The translations under genes were made by a program, and so were the position numbers. From Eledone cirrhosa (taxonomy: Eukaryota), in contig OZ024754.1 in NCBI GenBank assembly GCA_964016885.1, positions 28,148,001-28,212,000 on the forward strand: a stretch of 64,000 bases of DNA. The letters run 5' to 3'. The notes under the pieces are model-generated. The model was not told where the DNA came from. It was given only the letters and a program-made list of their open reading frames with translations, and ran no database searches. Positions 56,353 to 64,000 of this stretch are shown in pieces; position 1 is the stretch's first letter; every line of letters begins with the position of its first letter.

Positions 56353-57990
56353 TTCATCTTCACAGATTCGGCAGTCAAGTTACCAGAGTCATTAGAGTGT
56401 TTGGATATGTGTTTCGGATCTCTGCGCTCTTAATTCAAATCTTGCCAGGGCCCATTTTGCTTTTCATCCTTTCGAGATCAATATGTACCAGCCCAGTGTT
56501 GGTAGAGCTATCTCTTCTCTCAGCTGTCACATCCTGGATGTTCCACTGGTTCAGATGAGGGAGGTTCCAGGGGGTGACAGTGTTTAATCACCAGTATATA
56601 GTTACATAAAGTAGCGCATGTATGGTGTATACTACCATGTCATACTCGATTATCAATGACGGCTGATCCTTATTTGATCTGTTATCTATATGAACAACTG
56701 GCAGAGAATCAATAAAATGTACAGATAGACGTCTCAATATATATATATACTGTAACCATCGTTTGAAAACGACTTTTTCTTTTTTTAAATGCATATAATG
56801 TTACCTTTTTACACCACCGTTTGCAAATTCCTGTTTTATATGTTTATACACAAGATATGGCTTTCTATAATAATAGTACTAAACACTGTTTTCTGGACCC
56901 CTTTAGAAATAACCTGCTACTATAATAGCCCCAATAACTTGTCTGTGACACTGTACCACTTTGACCCCTTTAACTAAATTTTGTCCGAACAACACCACTA
57001 GAAGAATTTACTTCCCCCGCCAACCCTAACACGCCTCATTAAGCTAACTGCTGCCAAAACATTCTCTCCTTACAATCTCTACTAGTCTGACAGTCTTAAA
57101 TCCTAGGACTCCCTCCCCCTTACTCACTTCCCTCTTCCCCTTCTCTTCCTACCTCCTTCTTTCTCTTTTATCTAGTGTATAAAATATTTTCATATCATTC
57201 CAATACAAAGGTCTGACGACATGGTGTGTTTGCTTACAGTGTACCTTCGGTTTATGATAATATTTTTATATTATTCAAATAGCGAGGTATAGGTAACCCA
57301 TACACTATAGAAATAATTGTTACCTAATAAATTCTTTATACCCGCATTTCCATTTCATAAACTTCTTCTCCATATATATATATATAGCAATGGCAAAATT
57401 TATGTGGTAAAGTTTATATATACAAGGTACGATATAATGCTAAACAGTTTAGAAATAGCTCAGTGTTTTTATATATATATGTTTGATTTTGTATATATAT
57501 ATATATGTGTGTCTGTGTGTGTGTGTGTGTGTCACTCTTGTTCCTATTAACCTTTTGTGTAAGTCTATTGTACTTTATTTTATTTACTCATTATATTTAC
57601 TAGAAGCGACCTTATTCAACAGATATATAAAGCACCATTTTATTCTTGAAGCAATAGTGCGCGTTTAACTACCACAGTTTATATTCGCCTGAAGAGCCCC
57701 GTAATTTAGGTATCGAACCTTATTGTTACATAAAGATTTATATAATCGTCGATAGTTTGAGGCCAATTACGAATGAAATACATGTAATCAAATAAGCGCA
57801 TGTTAAATTTATATTTCAAACCTCAGCCTTTTAAAAAAAATATGTTTTCATAAAGGCTGAAGATTCTTGGTGCAAGCAAGATTAATCGGCTAAGATTAAT
57901 CAGATACGATCTTGAAACTTGGAGTACCGACGAAAACTTATGTTTAGCTGGGATGTATTTTAAATAATCTAGATAGATAGATAGATAGAT

Positions 57991-58048
<58 letters not shown>

Positions 58049-58071
58049 TACACACACATATACATACATAC

Positions 58072-58959
58072 ATGATGATGATGGCTGCCCTCTCGTTATC
58101 GAGTATGGCCATTGCACGATATACCATTATTAATAATAATTAATTAATTCTATCGTGCAATGCCTGTGCGTGAAGATATTTTTTAAAGTGACGAAAGACT
58201 GTGCACTGAGCCAATCCCACTCTCTACATACATACATACATACATACATACATACATACATACATACATACATACATACATACATACATACATACATACA
58301 TACATAGTGGCTGCCAACTCGTTTTCGAGTACGGTCACTACTTTATATCCATGTAGGAGAACCCCTACCGATGCGCTGAACGAGTGTGACTTTTTAGTCC
58401 AGCCAGCGACTTGAAAACTCTGGTACAAACACTACACCTGTGACAATTACTGACACATAGTGCTGGGCCCATGGTACCATGTGACGACAAGTGCAGAGAG
58501 ATCTCCTGATACAAAGCAATGCCTGTGTCGTGAAGCTTTTATAGTGAGCAAAGGCATTGCACAAAGCCAGTCCCACTCTCTTAACCAAGATGATATTTAC
58601 CAAAAAGAAGAACAAGTCAACATCATTGGATACCATCAGGGTTGCAGGTGTTATATCAGATTTTCCTTCTAGAATTCTGCCTTGACAAAGGCTAAGGGGG
58701 TCATCTCTCCCGGTGATTTTGGATGACCATTGACTCTTAAGAGCTCCTTTGCCCTTTGACAGGTTTTGTTTTTAGTCCTGCAGGATGTCCAAAGTCACCC
58801 TCCTCACCAAGAAACATTGGTGGGGTTGCCAGTTTAGTCGCCAACGACCCGACCATGAGACAGGTGGTACTGGGATACATGTTAACAGTAGCACCAACTG
58901 GTGACCTGACATACATACATACATACATACATACATACATACATACATACATACATACA

Positions 58960-58991
<32 letters not shown>

Positions 58992-59420
58992 CATATACAT
59001 ACATATATACATACATATATACACATATACATACACGCATACATACACATATATATACATACATACACACATACATACATATATACATACATACATACAT
59101 ATATACATACATACATATATACATACATACACATACATATATATACATACATACATACATATACATACATACATACATACATACATACATACATACATAC
59201 ATACATACATACATACATACATACATGGTGGCTGCCAACTCGTTTTCGAGTACGGCCACTACTTTATATCCATGTAGGAGAACCCCTGCCGATGCACTGA
59301 ACGAGTGTGACTTTTTGTGAGCCAGCGACTTGAAAACTCTGGTACAAACACTACACTTGTGACAATTATTGACACATAGTGCTGGGCCCATGGTACCATG
59401 TGACGACAAGTGCAGAGAGA
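58072..59420 (-). mobile_element. Stack of three RTE-derived non-autonomous elements separated by (TATG)n; complete unit about 58306-58910
   Basis: 58072-58227 matches 22735-22880; 59225-59420 matches 58306-58501; 58680-58858 is homologous to 23000-23217. Confidence 0.65.
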
Positions 59421-59979
59421 TAAAATAAAGTACCAGTAATGTACTGGGTAATTGCTGGCCTTGTGCCAAAAGTAGAAACAATTATTTCTCTCTCTGGTGT
59501 CAATCTTGCCTCAATCAATAATTTCTTCAGATTGAGTTTTTGGTGTCTACTTTAAATTATATATGATTCTGTCAGAAATGTTGAAGTATCGGGAGATATT
59601 GTTTAGCAGCATTTAAAATAGTGTGGTTCCTAGGAGTGTGATTTGATTAACAAAAGAGATAATCGTTTGTTCGTGTATATTTTTCTTTTTTTTTTTTGTC
59701 TTCTTGCGAGATCTGTAACTAGAATGTTTGAGGTGTGATGGAGAGAGGGTAATCAGATGGCTAAAATTGAACACATTAATCAGAGCAATCAACAATAATT
59801 CAATACGATCTGCAGCTTAACGATCATCAAATCATCAATAAAGACATCAAAGTTATATATATACAACTTTATATATATATATATTAATAAAAGGAATTCC
59901 AACTTTGTCTGATTTACTCGTTTTATTAATGATATTATAATGAAATAGTATGGTAGAATATTAAGTGTTAAATGTTAAT

Positions 59980-60018
59980 TGAACAAGTACTTTCATGCTT
60001 TCGCAATCTTCAGGTTCA
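59980..60018 (-). ncRNA. Minimal hammerhead motif
   Basis: tgaac-CTGAAGA-t tgc gaaa gca t-GAAA-gtac-TT-gttca. Confidence 0.78.
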
Positions 60019-60141
60019 TATTCAGTGGTGACAGTCAAGTTTGCAATTTTCGACTTTGAATAGTTCTATTTGAATAGTCAAATAGAACTCACAACATTAA
60101 GTTCTTGTTTGAATATGTCACTATCTGTAAACCAACTTTTG

Positions 60142-60202
60142 TATTTTATCTGATGAGGGCGTACCAAAATGTTGGTACCCTTGAAATATATATAATAAAA
60201 TA
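60142..60202 (+). ncRNA. Hammerhead motif with 8-bp stem I
   Basis: tattttat-CTGATGA-gggcgtaccaa aatg ttggtaccctt-GAAA-tatata-TA-ataaaata. Confidence 0.82.
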
Positions 60203-60243
60203 AATATGGTTTTATAAATATAGTTTCCATTTATTAATATTAT

Positions 60244-60276
<33 letters not shown>

Positions 60277-60277
<1 letters not shown>

Positions 60278-60751
60278 TTTTGGGAGGCTCCCATACAGCT
60301 CTGAGTTTTTCATCCTCAGTGTATACTGATTAATGTTCAGAGCCATCCTCAGCATTCTTGTGTAGCACCCATCCACGATCTGAGTGAGTTTCTTGGTCAG
60401 TATCCAAGACTCAGACCCGTACAGCAGCACAGACTTCACTACAGCAATGAAGAGGCGGATTTTCAGGTCTTTACGAAGGTCCGACTTCCACACCGATCTG
60501 AAGCTATGATACAGAGGAGACTGAGGTTAGCTGGACATGCTCACCGACATCCAGAGTTGACATTGCACTCAGTGCTCCTGTGGGAGCCCCTACATAGACA
60601 CACTGGAAGAGGAAGACCAAGGTTAACGTATGTTGATGCCCTAAGGACAGACACTGGTCTGTTGGAGACGCAGGACATGGCAGCGATAATGAGGGACAGA
60701 GACCGCTGGAGAGAACTCGTCCATGGATCTCGGGAATTTTACCCGCCCTAG
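60277..60751. mobile_element. RTE-clade LINE 3' fragment with 5' inversion, in (TA)n
   Basis: Minus piece 60277-60503 (SVLLYGSESW..RMLRMAL..ELYGSLPKV) abuts plus piece 60504-60751 (IQRRLRLAGH..GRGRP..DRDRW). Confidence 0.85.
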
Positions 60752-62018
60752 ATATATATATATAGAGAGAGAGATAGAATAAGAAAAAGCGAGTTTCGTC
60801 GTGTTTTGGGTAGTAGTTAGATGGTCAACTTCCTTCACATTTGTGCATGCGCAAAACTGTGGAGGAGAATTAGGGCTCACAAAGGAAAAGGCAAAGGCTT
60901 CAAAAACATCATATTTGTCCGTTCTGTTGTCATTTTAACTTGGATTGCCTCGAGAACGTAATTTTATTATGTAAGAAGCTGTCTGGTGATATCATGGCAC
61001 TGGGTACGTGGAATCGCGTGGCCACTGTTGTCATTGGAATATATATCACAGCCTTATCAGTAAAGGACTTTAACACCTGAAATTACTTCGCATTTTTTCT
61101 CATTCTATAATATATATATATATATATATATACCACAAATTATTTATGGTCGTCACAAATTAATACAGATAACATTAAACAATCAGGTCGGTCAGTAAAA
61201 AGACCAAAGATAATTCTGATATATAAATAAATAAATATATGAGGGAGTCATTGAAGCATCGTATTGACATATGACGTTTCAAGGGCATTTATAAAACTGG
61301 CAGAGCCCAATCCTCTCCATATCTGAATGCAGCAGCATTGCTCCAGAGAAGGATAGAGAGTGAGAAAGAGATATAGAGGAAGAATCGAGCCCAGTACTTG
61401 ACTGGTACTTTTTTATCGACCTCGAATGGATGAAAGGCAAAGTTGACTTGGGTGGGATTTGAACTCAGAGTACAGAAAATGAATGCTGAAAAGTATTCTA
61501 ACATCTCTGCCAATCCGCTGCCTTATTTTTCAGTAGTATAGCAACAGTAGAATGTTTCAGAGTACACTTCACCTCCACCTCCGCCCTTTGCTTGTTAACT
61601 AGAACCGGTAAAGCATATCTGTCAGGCTATGGAAGTTTTGGTTTGTGCATGTCTGTGAGCTGGGTTTCATGTGTATCTATTTGTTTGTGCGCGTGTGTAT
61701 ATGTTTCTATGTATGTGAGTGTATGTGTTTGTGCACATGTGAATGTATATGTCTGTTGGGGTGTATCTGCTTAAACGTGGATGTAGGCATGGCTAAAAGT
61801 TTATGAAGTTCGCTTTACAGCCATGAGGTTTTGGGCTCAATCCTACTGTGGGGCATCTTGGAGAGGTGTATTTTACACACATCGAACTATGCCTTCTGAC
61901 TGTGTAGAGAGATTTATATGAAGAAAAAAATGTTAAGACTGGTGTTGGTGTAATATTACTGAATAAATGGACGTAGCATGGTCAAATGTTTCAGAAATTA
62001 CTTCGCATTTTCTCATTC

Positions 62019-62077
<59 letters not shown>

Positions 62078-62104
62078 CTATATTTTTGAGACGAGGAATT
62101 ATTT

Positions 62105-62624
62105 ACATTATATACATTGGACGGACAGGTGTCCATATCTTGTTTTGTTGTTAACACAACGTTTCGCTTGATGTACTCTCCAGCCTTCATCAGTTGTCCT
62201 AGTGATGTTATTATTAACGTTTGTTCAGGTCACTGCCTAGAATTGTACTCGGAATATTGAAGTTAATAACCCGATTTTTAACTACATTTTTTTTTTCCAC
62301 CATTGGAAAACACGAAAACTAAAAGAGGCAGCACATATGCTAGGACACAATAACCTCCTAAGCAGACCTAGTGCAGATATGAGTAGTATATGGGAACCCG
62401 TATTGAGGAAGGATAGAAAAGTATCAGTTTATAAGCCCTAAAAATTCACGAGAAAGAAAAAAAACTGGTTAAAAAGCGGTTAAAAATCGGGCTACTGACC
62501 TCAGGATTCCGAGTACAATTCTAGGCAGTGACCTGAGCAGGACACCTGATGAAGGCTGGAGAGTACATCAGCCGAAACGTTGTGTTAACAACAAAACAAG
62601 TTGAAGACACCCATCCGTCCAATG

Positions 62625-62632
<8 letters not shown>
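62105..62632 (+). mobile_element. Very short PLE: inverted pseudo-LTR + GIY-YIG C-terminal stub + pseudo-LTR
   Basis: 62301-62441 encodes HWKTRKLKEAAHM..SSIWEPVL; hammerheads at 62153-62198 (-) and 62541-62586 (+); (TA)n flanks. Confidence 0.78.
62541..62586 (+). ncRNA. Minimal hammerhead motif with an extra A after the core
   Basis: gacac-CTGATGA-a-ggctg gagagtacat cagcc-GAAA-cg-TT-gtgtt. Confidence 0.78.
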
Positions 62633-62668
<36 letters not shown>

Positions 62669-62708
62669 GCATACACACACACACACACATACACACACAC
62701 ACACACAT

Positions 62709-62857
<149 letters not shown>

Positions 62858-63217
62858 AGTGTAGTGAACAAAAGTGAAAGTTATAAAAAATGTCACCTAC
62901 CGATAAAAACTATTTTCAGTAAACTCACTGCCACAGGTATCATAGATATGCATGTAACTATGAACTGAGACAATTGGTAAAAACCCTTTTCGTTCAGATT
63001 TATTAGCACGCTATCAACGTCCACCATTTTGACAATTTTTTTTTTTATAAACAATACGTCGTGCACTTTTTTTTTTTTTCTTTTTGTTTGATGGTCTTTC
63101 CTCTCTCTTCTCGTTCTTCTTTCACTGTTGTTGCGGCTGTTGTTCCTGGTGCTGCCGTTTATTGCCTTTTTGTTTTGATTTCTTTTTCGTGAGTGTTTTC
63201 TGTTAATTCCTGTTGAG

Positions 63218-63272
<55 letters not shown>

Positions 63273-63431
63273 TTATTATTATTACTACTATTATTGTTAT
63301 TATTATTGGTTTGCGTGGGGGTGTGTGTTACATTTCCTCTTCTTTGCTGTAAACTTTTTGCAGACGATAAAATAAAACTGTTGTTATTACAGCTAACCTT
63401 TTGTTAGTTTGTTGTTGTTGCTGCTTGTAGC

Positions 63432-64000
63432 AATGATGATGATGATGATGTTGATGTTGGTGGTGGTGTTGGTGGTGGTGGTGATTGTGGTGGTGGTGGT
63501 GTTGGTGTGGTGGTGTTGTTGTTGGTGGTGTTGGTGCTGATGGTGGTGGTGGTGGTGGTGCTGATGGTGGTAGTGCTGATGGTGGTGGTGGTGTTGGTGG
63601 TCGTGGTGGTCGTGGTGTTGGTAGTGGTGGTTGTGGTGTTGGTGTTGATGGTGGTGGTTGTTGTGATGGTGGTGGTGGTGGTGTTGGTGGTGATTGTGGT
63701 GTTGGTGTGGTGGTGTTGTTGTTGGTGGTGGTGGTGGTGCTGATGGTGGTAGTGCTGATGGTGGTGCTGGTGTTGGTGGTGGTGGTGTTGGTGGTGCTGG
63801 TGGTGGTGTTGGTGCTGATGGTGGTGGTGGTGGTGGTGTTGCTGATGGTGGTAGTGCTGATGGTGGTGGTGGTGGTGGTGTTGCTGATGGTGGTAGTGCT
63901 GATGGTGGTGCTGGTGGTGGTGTTGGTGCTGATGGTGGTGGTGGTGGTGGTGTTGCTGATGGTGGTAGTGCTGATGGTGGTGGTGGTGGTGGTGTTGGTG
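63432..64000. repeat. Degenerate (GGT)n trinucleotide array running off the window end
   Basis: Directly visible; contains higher-order units such as gctgatggtggtagtgctgatgg. Confidence 0.95.

Noticed and set aside
55500-57800. CTGAAGA...GAAA motifs near 55505 and 57689 as hammerheads
   Set aside because: Stems I and III do not pair convincingly; at best decayed relics

Overview
Eukaryotic, AT-rich, microsatellite-saturated DNA. The repeat repertoire suggests an octopus or other coleoid cephalopod (inference). One host gene is visible: a minus-strand SLC22-family (MFS organic cation/anion) transporter. I reconstructed nine consecutive, phase-consistent coding exons between 53738 and 24611; the first coding exon was not found. 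The rest is mostly retroelements. These are Dong/R4-clade RLE LINEs stacked in (TAA)n, a second R4-like family sitting in (TACA)n, two Tx1/L1 copies, RTE fragments and RTE-derived non-autonomous elements, an abundant tRNA-derived SINE with clean TSDs, a mariner fragment, a MITE-like foldback and many Penelope-like elements (PLEs). Two signals stand out. First, a Naiad-type PLE whose RT to GIY-YIG frame is broken only by one in-frame TGA, exactly at a conserved zinc-finger Cys (candidate selenocysteine). Second, about 23 hammerhead-ribozyme-like motifs, mostly in ORF-less foldback or inverted-repeat units within (TA)n, including covarying U3-A8 core variants. All calls were made by eye without database searches; element boundaries are approximate unless stated.
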